Below are positions 29,612 through 38,985 of a stretch of DNA of 63,300 bases, piece by piece. The stretch covers positions 1 through 63,300 of the forward strand of contig JAIRTP010000027.1 of the NCBI GenBank assembly GCA_031254805.1. The letters run 5' to 3'. Every line of letters starts with the position of its first letter. The stretch's first letter is position 1. Under the pieces are notes generated by a model. The model ran no database searches. It was given only the letters and a program-made list of their open reading frames with translations, and had not been told where the DNA came from. Source of the DNA: Bacteroidales bacterium (lineage in GTDB: Bacteria; Bacteroidota; Bacteroidia; Bacteroidales; WRLA01). The position numbers were made by a program, and so were the translations under genes.

Positions 29612-30376
29612 ATGAAAGCAATTATCATTGAAGATGAGATCATCGCCGCACAGACGTTGAGCCGGTTGATTTGCGAGATACGGAGCGATTTCGAAATCGT
29701 CGCCGTACTGCAAACCGTTGAAGAGAGCGTAGAATGGTTTCGGGAAAATCCTACGCCCGATTTGGCTTTTATGGATATTCATTTAGCGGATAATTCATCG
29801 TTTGCCATTTTTGATAAAGTAACCGTAGATTGTCCTATTATTTTCACTACTGCATACAATGAATATGCGTTGGAAGCTTTCGATGTAAACGGAATAGATT
29901 ATTTATTGAAACCTATCAACAAGAACAGATTGGCGCAAGCCATCGCTAAATATGACAAACTCAGCCATAAGAACGATAATACGCAATTGATCGCTAATTT
30001 GATCGCTACGTTCAATGAGAAACAAAATCACCGAAAATCACACTTTTTGATTCCCTATCGCGATAAGTTGATGCCTTTAGCCATTGAGGACATCGCCTAT
30101 TTTGTCGCCGAATTTAAAATTGCTAAAGTTATTACCTTCGATTTGCACGGCTTTTCGTTGGATTATTCTTTGGAAGAGTTGATGAAACATCTCAATCCGG
30201 AGCTTTTTTTCAGAGTAAACCGGCAATATATTGTTGCACATAAAGCAATTAATGATATCACATTGTGGTTTGCCGGCAAATTATCCGTAAACCTTATCGT
30301 ACCTGTATCCGAAAAGATAATCGTGAGTAAAGCAAAATCGTCCGAATTTAAAGCATGGTATACGCGGGATTATTAA
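29612..30376 (+). CDS. LytTR-family response regulator
   Basis: Receiver domain (DLAFMDIHL, phospho-Asp context) plus C-terminal LytTR DNA-binding domain. Confidence 0.9.
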   Translation: MKAIIIEDEIIAAQTLSRLICEIRSDFEIVAVLQTVEESVEWFRENPTPDLAFMDIHLADNSSFAIFDKVTVDCPIIFTTAYNEYALEAFDVNGIDYLLKPINKNRLAQAIAKYDKLSHKNDNTQLIANLIATFNEKQNHRKSHFLIPYRDKLMPLAIEDIAYFVAEFKIAKVITFDLHGFSLDYSLEELMKHLNPELFFRVNRQYIVAHKAINDITLWFAGKLSVNLIVPVSEKIIVSKAKSSEFKAWYTRDY

Positions 30377-30701
30377 TCAAACAGAGCATATGCTGCTTTG
30401 ACTTCGGCGAATTTCCTCAAATTCTCTATTAAATCGTAAATTCGCTTATTTTTAGGTAGTTATCTTATTAAAGTTATTTTTTAACCCGAATTCTGCATTT
30501 GAATTCACCTATAATTTGCTGATAATAAGAAATTTATAATGATTTTTAGACAAGAAATCTAACGCTATATATTCGAAAAATATCAACTTTATTTGTTATG
30601 TGTCAATGACTTGTATATATATTTTTCTATTGCGAAATCCGGATTTAACAAAAACTGCCCAATTACTAAAACAATATATTTTCATACGCCGAAAATAAGA
30701 T

Positions 30702-30729
30702 TTCGGTATCTCTAACGGACTATTCGGTA
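30702..30729 (+). promoter_or_regulatory. Two direct TTCGGTA repeats, 21 bp apart (candidate LytTR operator)
   Basis: GATTTCGGTATC at 30702 and CTATTCGGTACG at 30723, upstream of the TATTTTTG box at 30783-30790. Confidence 0.45.
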
Positions 30730-30782
30730 CGGCTTTATTCCGTTTGAAGATATTCTTTTATTTAAGGTTTATACAAAGCCCA

Positions 30783-30790
30783 TATTTTTG
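30783..30790 (+). promoter_or_regulatory. -7 promoter box TATTTTTG for the 30835 gene
   Basis: Matches TAnnTTTG, 45 nt before the ATG. Confidence 0.4.
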
Positions 30791-30834
30791 CTCCATAAAA
30801 TTTGAGTTTATTGAATATTTAAAAAGATAGAATT

Positions 30835-31224
30835 ATGAGAACTGTAGTAATGAATGACAAGCTGTTGTTAAATGAATACGATATTGTCGGAGAAGGCGAA
30901 AGAATGGATACTCATTATAAATATATGATAGAGATTGATCAGAATATATTGAAAGAAGCATGCGAAAAATCTATTTCTCCGGGAATAATGGGCGTTAAGA
31001 TCGTTGAAAAATATGTCTCTAAGATTTTGGGCAAAAAAGCCGGTCTTTTCCTGATACAAGGAAACCGGTTTTTCTTGAGAATGAATATATATGAAAAACA
31101 ACGTTTGGTTTTGAATTTATCAATATCAAAAATTGAAAAGAACGAATATTCAGTATCTGCCGAAATTTCTGATAATGAAAACATTTTGATGGAAGTCAAC
31201 GGTTGCATGAGTTCGAAGAGTTAA
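30835..31224 (+). CDS. Small cytoplasmic protein, unknown function (weak hotdog-fold-like pattern)
   Basis: 129 aa with its own promoter box. The segment SPGIMGVKIVEKYVSKILG...FFLRMNIYEKQRLVLNLSISKIE loosely follows the FabZ/thioesterase helix-plus-sheet pattern. Not a confident family call. Confidence 0.4.
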   Translation: MRTVVMNDKLLLNEYDIVGEGERMDTHYKYMIEIDQNILKEACEKSISPGIMGVKIVEKYVSKILGKKAGLFLIQGNRFFLRMNIYEKQRLVLNLSISKIEKNEYSVSAEISDNENILMEVNGCMSSKS

Positions 31225-31289
31225 AAAAACAATCGTTCTTTACCAAATGATCTCGCAAAAACGAAAACGAATAGATTTGATCAAATGAT

Positions 31290-31339
31290 TTCGGTAACGG
31301 AACTATATAAGTTCGGTACTTTTAAAAGTCAATTCGGTA
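31290..31339 (+). promoter_or_regulatory. Three direct TTCGGTA repeats spaced 22 and 21 bp (candidate LytTR operator)
   Basis: Repeats at 31290, 31312 and 31333. An inverted ACCGAA lies at 31365-31370, abutting the -7 box. Confidence 0.5.
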
Positions 31340-31370
31340 TTTTTTCTCAAAACAGAAATCAGAGACCGAA

Positions 31371-31378
31371 TACTTTTG
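31371..31378 (+). promoter_or_regulatory. -7 promoter box TACTTTTG for the OMP gene
   Basis: Matches TAnnTTTG. Confidence 0.4.
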
Positions 31379-31435
31379 CAACAAATAAAAATACTTTATA
31401 TAACTAAATGTAAAATTAATTTAAAAATCACTGTC

Positions 31436-32032
31436 ATGAAAAAAGTAATTTTAAGCTTAGCGCTAATTATAGGAGTCGGAGCGACTCAAATAAATGCTCA
31501 AAGTATAACGGGAGGGATTAAAGCCGATGCTAACCTCTCTAATTTTATTGTTTCCGATATGCCTCTTACAGAGAGCGAGATGAAATTTGGAGCCACATTG
31601 GGAGGTTTTTTAAAATTCGATATTGTAAAAAACTTTGCAATACAACCCGAATTACTCTTTCATTTTCAAACTTCCACAATCAAAACCGTATTTATAAAAC
31701 AAGATTATCAATATTGGGGAATGGAAATTCCGATTTATGCAATGGGACAATGGTATACGCGCGCAGATCATCGTTTCTATGTCGGCGTCGGGCCGTATGT
31801 AGGTTTTGGATTTGACGCTAAATATAAAGACCCTGAAATGAAACTTTACAAAAATGATATTCACCAACCATGGGATTTTGGATTCGGAGCGCAATTAGGA
31901 TTTGAATTTGCTAATGGACTACAATTTAACGCCGGATATAAAATCGGAATTATTGACGCTTTGGATATAGGAAAAGCCCATGCAACTATGTTGCCGCAAA
32001 AAGTTTCACTTGGAATTGGCTATCGCTTCTGA
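31436..32032 (+). CDS. Small outer-membrane beta-barrel protein (OmpW/porin-like, 8-10 strands)
   Basis: Start at MKKVILSLALIIGVGATQINAQ. Alternating hydrophobic strands, C-terminal GIGYRF. Confidence 0.75.
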   Translation: MKKVILSLALIIGVGATQINAQSITGGIKADANLSNFIVSDMPLTESEMKFGATLGGFLKFDIVKNFAIQPELLFHFQTSTIKTVFIKQDYQYWGMEIPIYAMGQWYTRADHRFYVGVGPYVGFGFDAKYKDPEMKLYKNDIHQPWDFGFGAQLGFEFANGLQFNAGYKIGIIDALDIGKAHATMLPQKVSLGIGYRF

Positions 32033-32050
32033 TTGCCGGCGTTTCACAAC

Positions 32051-32081
32051 AACGAGGAGGCGCGAACCCTCCTCGTTTAAT
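32051..32081 (+). terminator. Intrinsic terminator
   Basis: ACGAGGAGG-CGCGAAC-CCTCCTCGT followed by TTAATT. Confidence 0.65.
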
Positions 32082-32112
32082 TGAAAATATTTAATAATTT
32101 AAAATAGAAAAA

Positions 32113-33012
32113 ATGCAAAGGATCGTCAATTTATCAATTTCTCAAATAAGAGAGAAAATGGGTAAAGAAGAATCAATAGAAGATATTCTTCTGCTTTCAG
32201 GACAAAATTTTTATAATGAATTTAATCGACAACCTGTTCGTATAGAAGCGTTAGTGATCTCTTTCTGTGTTGAAGGAATAGCGGAAGCAGTAATCTGCGA
32301 CAGAGAATATGTCATAAACAAAGGAGCCATGTTCGTCAAAACGCCCGGAGCGTTTTCATTATGGGATTGGACTTCGGAAAATTATACCGGATATGAGTTG
32401 ATGATATCGATGGATTTTTTGAAAAAGCTGCCTTTTGATATGAAGATTATCTCTACGGCTTTTGCATATTTGAAAAATGAATATTTGTTCCGGTTAACCG
32501 AAGAACAGCAAGAAAACCTGCTTCACATGCTGCGCCTGACGGAAGGATTAACCGAACATTTAGATCATTACAAGCTTCAAGCGCTTCAAGGGACTATTTC
32601 ATCCATTCTCTATTTTGTTTGCAGCTTGATTCGCCAAGCCGAGAAAAATTTTGATAAAAGAAACGGCGACAGCCCTAATCGGAACAGGAAACATTATTGT
32701 TTTCTAAACTTTTTAGAATTACTGGGGAAGTATAGCTACCAAGAGCGTAGCGTCGCTTTTTATGCCGATAAAATGGCCTTAACGCCTAAATATTTATCGT
32801 CAATCATCAAAGAGGTCAGCGGAAAAAGAGCGACAGAATGGATTGATGAATATGTAATGATGGAAGCAAAGGTAATTCTGCAACATCCTAAAACCAACGT
32901 TGCAGAAGCGGCTTATCAACTCAATTTTTCGAATACTTCATTTTTTGGGCAATATTTTAAAAAACATTCAGGAATGTCGCCCGGAAATTATAAAAGAAAG
33001 TACGCCGGATAA
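32113..33012 (+). CDS. AraC-family transcriptional regulator
   Basis: 299 aa, C-terminal double HTH (SVAFYADKMALTPKYLSSIIKEVSG...FSNTSFFGQYFKKHSGMSP). Confidence 0.88.
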   Translation: MQRIVNLSISQIREKMGKEESIEDILLLSGQNFYNEFNRQPVRIEALVISFCVEGIAEAVICDREYVINKGAMFVKTPGAFSLWDWTSENYTGYELMISMDFLKKLPFDMKIISTAFAYLKNEYLFRLTEEQQENLLHMLRLTEGLTEHLDHYKLQALQGTISSILYFVCSLIRQAEKNFDKRNGDSPNRNRKHYCFLNFLELLGKYSYQERSVAFYADKMALTPKYLSSIIKEVSGKRATEWIDEYVMMEAKVILQHPKTNVAEAAYQLNFSNTSFFGQYFKKHSGMSPGNYKRKYAG

Positions 33013-33097
33013 AACCGAATCAAAACTCGTACCTCTCTATCTATCCTATATATGCAAAACAGGTTGCTTGTAAGGCGGCCTGTTTTATTTTTAAATT

Positions 33098-33228
33098 CTC
33101 CTGTTTTCGCAATGCAATACCTTGAAATTTTTTGTTGATAATTTGGATTAACTCGGTTTGTAGTTCACTCATTTTTAGGAGTTGAGTTTGTACGTTTAGA
33201 TTCAAAAAGTTGAAAGTCGATTATTGAG
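33098..33228 (-). repeat. Repeat of about 130 nt carrying the 5' part of a small ORF (MSELQTELIQIINKKF...), partner at 54130-54258
   Basis: Manual alignment of the reverse complement with 54130-54258 gives roughly three quarters identical positions. The ORF at 33041-33172 (minus strand) runs on into the araC terminator. Confidence 0.7.
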
Positions 33229-33568
33229 GGGCAAAACAAAATACGCACTTTTTAAAAAACGTTTAAAATGCGATGGAACAATTAGTTATAAAAAAGGGCA
33301 TGATAATGCCATTGGATAAATATCGGTAAAAGAATGGATAAAAAATAGCCCTGCACATCACTAAAACAATGATTTAATGGATAAACATGTAATAAATAAA
33401 AAATGCGTATATTGTTTTGCCGAAAAATGATTGATGGATGTTGCGCGTTGTTTCGGCGGCTTTCTTGAACTTGACGCTGCAAATAAAAGTGTGGAAAATA
33501 GGATGATTTGCAGCGGTTTTCACAGTTTTTACAGGTCAAAATTACGGAGAAAAAAAAGGAAACAATAT

Positions 33569-35389
33569 TTATGAGTCGAAAGATATCAGTCCTTTTGAAA
33601 AATGCTTTTGCAGCATTGTCGCTTTGGATTTTCCAACAATAGCGCTCAATTCTTCTAACGACATTGATTTAATGCGTTTCAAAGAGCCGCCTTTTTTGAG
33701 CAACAACTCTTTTGTCTTTTCTCCAATACCGGGAATAACGTCTAATTCGCTATGTAAAGAGCCTTTACTTCGACGATTTCGATGATGTGTAATGCCAAAA
33801 CGATGCGCTTCATCGCGCAGTTGTTGAATCACTTTAAGCGTAGGCGAAGCTTTGTCGATATACATTGGAAGCGAGTCGTCCGGATAATATATCTCTTCCA
33901 AACGTTTTGCAATACCGATAATGGTTATTTTTCCACGAAGATCAAGTTTTTCCAAACTCTTCATCGCCGAACTCAATTGTCCTTTTCCGCCATCGACAAT
34001 AATCAACTGCGGCAATTCCTTATTTTCCTCCAACAGTCGGCTGTATCTGCGATAGATCGCTTCTTCCATCGAAGCAAAATCATTAGGCCCTTCGACGGTT
34101 TTAATATTAAAATGACGGTACTCCTTTTTCGATGCTTTTGCATTACGAAAAACTACCATTGCCGCTACCGGATAGCTTCCTTGAATATTGGAGTTGTCGA
34201 AACATTCTATATGTTCCGGCGGAACGTTCATTCGCAAATCATGTTGCATGATAGCAAGAATACGTTTGGCATGCAGTTCCGGATCGAGCAATTTTTGCAT
34301 TTTTTCGCGCTCCATACGATGCATACGAGCGTTACGTTCCGAAAGTTCCAGTAGCTTGGCTTTATCGCCTCGCTTCGGAACGGCATAAGAAACTTCGTTT
34401 AATAACGCATCCGGCAGAAATGGAACAATAACCTCTTTGGCCGTACTTTGATTTTGTTGGCGTAGCTCCACAATCGCCATTCCCAATAATTCCTCGGGCG
34501 TTTCGTCAAGACGTTTTTTCAACTCCAGCATCCGTGATTGGACCACCGCTCCGTCGATGATCTTCATAAAATTGACAAAAGCTTCCGTTGGAGAAACGCT
34601 AATGGTAAAAACATCGACATTCGTAAGGGAAGGATTGACGACAACGCTACGACTTTGATATTGCTTCAGAAGATCATATTTTTTCTTAACGATCTGCGCT
34701 TCTTCAAAATTCAACTCATCGGCATAACGCATCATTTCTTCCTTTAATGCGGAAAGAACAATTTTTACATTTCCTTTGATAATTTCTCGAATATTGCCGA
34801 CCATGATGAGATATTCCTCTTGAGTTTGCAAGTTTTCGCATGGAGCGGCGCAATTGCCGATATAATACTCCAAACATATTTTGACCTTCTTTGCTCTGAC
34901 TTTTTCGGGAGAAAGATGCAATTTACATGATCGTAACGGATAGAGGTGATGGATTAAATCCATCAAAACGTTGGCCGTTCTCACCGACGAATACGGACCA
35001 AAATAGTCGGATCCATTCTTTATAACATTACGCGTCAGGAAAATACGAGGAAAAGGTTCGGCGCTGATACAAATCCATGGATATGTCTTATCGTCTTTCA
35101 GCATGATATTGTATCGCGGCTGATATTTTTTGATCAACACATTTTCCAACAGCAGCGCATCATTTTCAGTCGCAACCGAAATAGATTTAATATCATTGAT
35201 CTTTCGCACCAGCAACTCTATCCGAGCGCTGTCATGCTTTTTATTAAAATAAGAAGATACCCGTTTCTTCAAATTGCGCGCCTTGCCGATATATATGATC
35301 TCGCCATTTTTATCAAAATATTGATAAACGCCCGGCTTTGAAGGGAGCGACTTGATGATATTTTTTATTAATTCCGAAGCGCGTTCCAT
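33569..35389 (-). CDS. uvrC: Excinuclease ABC subunit C
   Basis: 606 aa. GIY-YIG N-terminus (GVYQYFDKNGEIIYIGKA), UVR domain, endonuclease V-like domain and HhH C-terminus. Confidence 0.95.
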   Translation of the reverse strand: MERASELIKNIIKSLPSKPGVYQYFDKNGEIIYIGKARNLKKRVSSYFNKKHDSARIELLVRKINDIKSISVATENDALLLENVLIKKYQPRYNIMLKDDKTYPWICISAEPFPRIFLTRNVIKNGSDYFGPYSSVRTANVLMDLIHHLYPLRSCKLHLSPEKVRAKKVKICLEYYIGNCAAPCENLQTQEEYLIMVGNIREIIKGNVKIVLSALKEEMMRYADELNFEEAQIVKKKYDLLKQYQSRSVVVNPSLTNVDVFTISVSPTEAFVNFMKIIDGAVVQSRMLELKKRLDETPEELLGMAIVELRQQNQSTAKEVIVPFLPDALLNEVSYAVPKRGDKAKLLELSERNARMHRMEREKMQKLLDPELHAKRILAIMQHDLRMNVPPEHIECFDNSNIQGSYPVAAMVVFRNAKASKKEYRHFNIKTVEGPNDFASMEEAIYRRYSRLLEENKELPQLIIVDGGKGQLSSAMKSLEKLDLRGKITIIGIAKRLEEIYYPDDSLPMYIDKASPTLKVIQQLRDEAHRFGITHHRNRRSKGSLHSELDVIPGIGEKTKELLLKKGGSLKRIKSMSLEELSAIVGKSKATMLQKHFSKGLISFDS

Positions 35390-35448
35390 AGGAATTAAAG
35401 ATTCCGTTATTCGAAATTCATAACTATCTAATAGTTAATTTTGGTTTC

Positions 35449-36504
35449 TCATCCCTCATTTTTCAAATGGTTCCAGCCTTGCGCTTTGATGGGATACGTT
35501 ACTCCTTTTTTACTGATCAACTGCAAACCTGAAGCGGCGTCGGTTATATATCCTATCGGCGTAATTTCCAAACGATCTTTCAATTTTTCATAATCGCTTT
35601 GCTTCACCGTAAAAAGCAATTCATAATCTTCGCCTCCATTCATAGCCGCCGTTGTCGGATCAATAGCAAATGCCGCCGACTGTTGATAGGTCAACGGATC
35701 TACCGGTAATTTATCTTCATAAATCGCGCATCCTTTTTTAGATTGAGAACAGATATGATGCAATTCCGAAGCTAATCCGTCCGAAATATCGATCATTGAA
35801 GTCGGTTTTATATCAAGTTCTCGAAACATCTCAATAATATCTTTTCGCGGTTCCGGTTTCAATTGACGCTCCAACAGATAATCTACGCCTTCAAAATCGG
35901 GCTGCATATTTGGATTTGCTCGAAATACCTGTTTTTCACGCTCCAGCAAGAGTAATCCGATATAAGCCGATCCCAAATCGCCCGAAACAAAAATCAAATC
36001 GTTTTCTTTCGCTCCGTCGCGATAGACGACTTCGCCTTTTTTTGCTTCTCCCAATGTCGTGACGCTCAAAAACAATCCCGTTTGGCTTGAAGAGGTATCG
36101 CCGCCGACCAAATCGACATCATATCTTTTGCATGCCAGTCGAATGCCTGTATACAGTTCTTCAACAGCTTCCAAAGAGAAACGGTTGGATAACGCTATTG
36201 ATACCGTAATTTGCTGCGGGATTCCGTTCATGGCATAAATATCTGAAAGGTTTACCGCCGCCGCTTTGTATCCCAAATGTTTAAGCGGCACATACATTAA
36301 ATCAAAATGGATATTTTCGATCAGCAAATCCGTAGTCAGTAATTTCACTGTATCGTCGTCGGAAGCAATCACGGCGGCGTCGTCGCCTACGCCTTTTATG
36401 GTCGAAGGCTGTACAAGAGAGATATGCTCCGTCAAACGATCAATCAATCCGAATTCTCCTAAATCTTGCAATTCATTACGCGGTTCATCCATAAGTTTAT
36501 TCAA
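35449..36504 (-). CDS. thiL: Thiamine-monophosphate kinase
   Basis: 351 aa. GEFGLIDRL...GVGDDAAV...DLLIENIHF AIR-synthase-related pattern. Confidence 0.88.
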   Translation of the reverse strand: MNKLMDEPRNELQDLGEFGLIDRLTEHISLVQPSTIKGVGDDAAVIASDDDTVKLLTTDLLIENIHFDLMYVPLKHLGYKAAAVNLSDIYAMNGIPQQITVSIALSNRFSLEAVEELYTGIRLACKRYDVDLVGGDTSSSQTGLFLSVTTLGEAKKGEVVYRDGAKENDLIFVSGDLGSAYIGLLLLEREKQVFRANPNMQPDFEGVDYLLERQLKPEPRKDIIEMFRELDIKPTSMIDISDGLASELHHICSQSKKGCAIYEDKLPVDPLTYQQSAAFAIDPTTAAMNGGEDYELLFTVKQSDYEKLKDRLEITPIGYITDAASGLQLISKKGVTYPIKAQGWNHLKNEG

Positions 36505-36578
36505 AAAGTAAATTCAATTATATAAATTCTATTCAAAGATTTCAAAATTCAAAAGAATATGAAATCAGCAGATTAAAA

Positions 36579-37784
36579 TCATTTTCTTTTGCAAAAAGGC
36601 CGGATAGCTCTCTCAAAAATCCCTTGCATAAATGCGATAGCCATCCCGTAGTTACTCACAGGAATATCGACATTGATATCTTGAACGCGTCCGGCAAGTT
36701 GTTTCTTTGTAAAAACGCAACCTCCGCATTGAATAGCCATAGCATATTCATGAATAGAGCGCGGAAGCTGGTCCATGCCGGAGATTATGTCGAATTCGAT
36801 ATTTTTCCCGGTAAATTCTCTTATCCAGTTAGGAATTTTATGTCTTCCGATATCTTCGCAGGTGATCTGATGCGTGCAGGACTCAAGAATTAAAACCCTA
36901 TCTCCATCCTGTAATTCAGCTATTTTCGGAGTTCCTTTAATGTAATCTCGAAAATTATGATGCTGGCTTGCCAATACGATACTAAATCCCGTTAAAGGCA
37001 TGTTTTCCGGAACAAAATTTTTAACCTGCGAAAATGCCTGACTATCCGTGATAATTAACGCCGGCTTTGGAGAGACTATTTTCAAAAATTTTTCCGCTTC
37101 GCCAACTTTAACGATTACGGCGACGCAATCATTATCCAATAAATCCCGAATAACTTGTATTTGCGGCAAGATGAGTCTTCCTTCAGGAGCTTCCGTATCT
37201 TGAGGAGCAATCAACAAAACAACATTGTCAGGATTTACGATATCGCCCAACAATGATCTCCTTTGATAAGCAGTTTCAGGAATTATCCTTTGAAGCGAAA
37301 AAATCAATGCTTCTGTATTTATAGGATTTATCGCAGAAAAAGGGATGATTTCAATACCGTATTTTGATTTGATTTTTTTCGAACACGCAATAGAAAGAGG
37401 TTCTTGATCTGTTTTATTATGAACAATTAAATAAGGGATGCGATATTTTTGAAAAAGGGAGACCATCTGTTCTTCCGGTTCTCCGAAGGTGTTGTGAGTA
37501 ATAATTAATAATGCGGCGTCTATTGTCGCGACAACTTGCAGGCTTTTTTTAACTCTTTTCTCGCCTAAATCGCCAACGTCGTCAATGCCGGCGGTATCAA
37601 TTAAAACGGAAGGCCCGACTCCTCGAATTTCCAACGATTTTCTGACAGGATCGGTCGTCGTTCCTTCATGAGGAGAAACAATAGCTACTTCTTGTCCGGT
37701 TAAAGCATTGATAATGCTACTTTTCCCACTATTTCTTCTCCCAAAAATACCAATATGCGGTTTAGATTCCCTTCCCTTGTTCAT
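36579..37784 (-). CDS. hydF: [FeFe]-hydrogenase maturation GTPase HydF
   Basis: 401 aa. G1 GRRNSGKSS, G3 DTAG, NKTD. C-terminal Cys cluster C-T-H ... Q-C-G-G-C at the expected spacing. Confidence 0.7.
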   Translation of the reverse strand: MNKGRESKPHIGIFGRRNSGKSSIINALTGQEVAIVSPHEGTTTDPVRKSLEIRGVGPSVLIDTAGIDDVGDLGEKRVKKSLQVVATIDAALLIITHNTFGEPEEQMVSLFQKYRIPYLIVHNKTDQEPLSIACSKKIKSKYGIEIIPFSAINPINTEALIFSLQRIIPETAYQRRSLLGDIVNPDNVVLLIAPQDTEAPEGRLILPQIQVIRDLLDNDCVAVIVKVGEAEKFLKIVSPKPALIITDSQAFSQVKNFVPENMPLTGFSIVLASQHHNFRDYIKGTPKIAELQDGDRVLILESCTHQITCEDIGRHKIPNWIREFTGKNIEFDIISGMDQLPRSIHEYAMAIQCGGCVFTKKQLAGRVQDINVDIPVSNYGMAIAFMQGIFERAIRPFCKRK

Positions 37785-37815
37785 AATCGTTAAGGCTTAT
37801 CAAAGTTCTACCAAA

Positions 37816-38910
37816 TTAATCGCCGAAACAGATATCCAATCCACGCGCCGATTCCAATATATCGCTATCCAAAGTGACAAAATTAGGCCTCGAAATAGCT
37901 TCGGCAATAGGAACTTGTACGACGTCGGGATGACGATAAGAGACCATCTGTCCAAATTTTCCCTCTTTTACAAGCTCAAAAGCTTTCACGCCGTATCTGG
38001 AAGCCAAAACCCGATCGTAAGAAACCGGAATACCTCCGCGCTGTAGATGTCCTAATATAGTTTCTCTTATTTCACGCGTACATCCGATGGCTTTCAACTC
38101 TTCGCGAAGACGGATGGAAGCGCCGTATAACCGAATATGATGCGCTCCTATTTCATTATTGATTTCTCCAATCACATCGCCTCCTTTCGGTTTTGCGCCT
38201 TCGGCAATGACGATAATACAAAATCCGCGATCATGAACAAAACGTTTCTCAATAGCCTCGGCTACTTTACGAATATCGTAAGGAACTTCTGGAATTAAAC
38301 AAACGTCTGCGCCGCCGGCAATAGCGGAATGTAATGCAATCCAACCGGCGTCGCGTCCCATTACTTCAATAATGAAAACGCGATTATGGCTTTGCGCCGT
38401 TGTTACAAGCTTATCAACGGCTTCCGTAGCAACTTCTACCGCCGTTTGAAAACCAAAAGTGACGTCGGTGCACGATAAATCGTTATCAATGGTTTTTGGA
38501 ACGCCGACAATATTCAGCCCTTTTTCAAATAATTTTTGCGAATAATGTTGAGAACCGTCGCCGCCAATATTAATAACTGCGTCGACGCCCATATAAGACA
38601 ATCTTCGAATCATTTCATCAGAACGATCGGCCGTCGCCCAAGTTCCGTCGGGAAGCCTGAAAGGCCAATTGAACGGGCCGCCTTTATTGGTAGTTTCCAA
38701 AATGGTTCCGCCGCGATAATGAATTCCTTCAACGGTTTTTCTATCTAAACGAATGACCTCTTGAGGCTCCCAAAGAATTCCGTTGAATCCTTGAATGCTG
38801 CCTAAAACTTCCCAATCTTTCTCCTGAGAAGCGCGTTTAACGATAGCTCTTATTACTGCATTTAATCCGGGACAATCGCCACCTCCCGTAGCTATCAATA
38901 CTCTTTTCAT
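37816..38910 (-). CDS. pfkA: 6-phosphofructokinase (PFK-A family)
   Basis: 364 aa. GGGDCPGLNAVIR, IGGDGS, PKTIDND and MGRDAG motifs. Phosphoryl donor (ATP or PPi) not determined. Confidence 0.88.
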   Translation of the reverse strand: MKRVLIATGGGDCPGLNAVIRAIVKRASQEKDWEVLGSIQGFNGILWEPQEVIRLDRKTVEGIHYRGGTILETTNKGGPFNWPFRLPDGTWATADRSDEMIRRLSYMGVDAVINIGGDGSQHYSQKLFEKGLNIVGVPKTIDNDLSCTDVTFGFQTAVEVATEAVDKLVTTAQSHNRVFIIEVMGRDAGWIALHSAIAGGADVCLIPEVPYDIRKVAEAIEKRFVHDRGFCIIVIAEGAKPKGGDVIGEINNEIGAHHIRLYGASIRLREELKAIGCTREIRETILGHLQRGGIPVSYDRVLASRYGVKAFELVKEGKFGQMVSYRHPDVVQVPIAEAISRPNFVTLDSDILESARGLDICFGD

Positions 38911-38985
38911 ACGCTATATAAATTTATTGCAAAATTACGACTTTTTACGAGAAATACTTAAATCCAACGGATTGGCAGTGCAGCA

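Noticed and set aside
33301-33500. Cluster of TGGATAA-type words (ATTGGATAA, AATGGATAA twice, TGTGGAAAA) resembling DnaA boxes, as a possible oriC
   Set aside because: Each matches only 7-8 of 9 positions, and no dnaA or other oriC-linked gene is nearby. The spacer lies between convergent genes, a terminus-like geometry instead of the divergent geometry expected at an origin.
33282-33539. 85-aa ORF on the minus strand in the araC/uvrC spacer
   Set aside because: It has Cys/His/Phe-rich odd composition, no promoter box and no recognisable family, and it lies in an AT-rich spacer. It is most likely chance.
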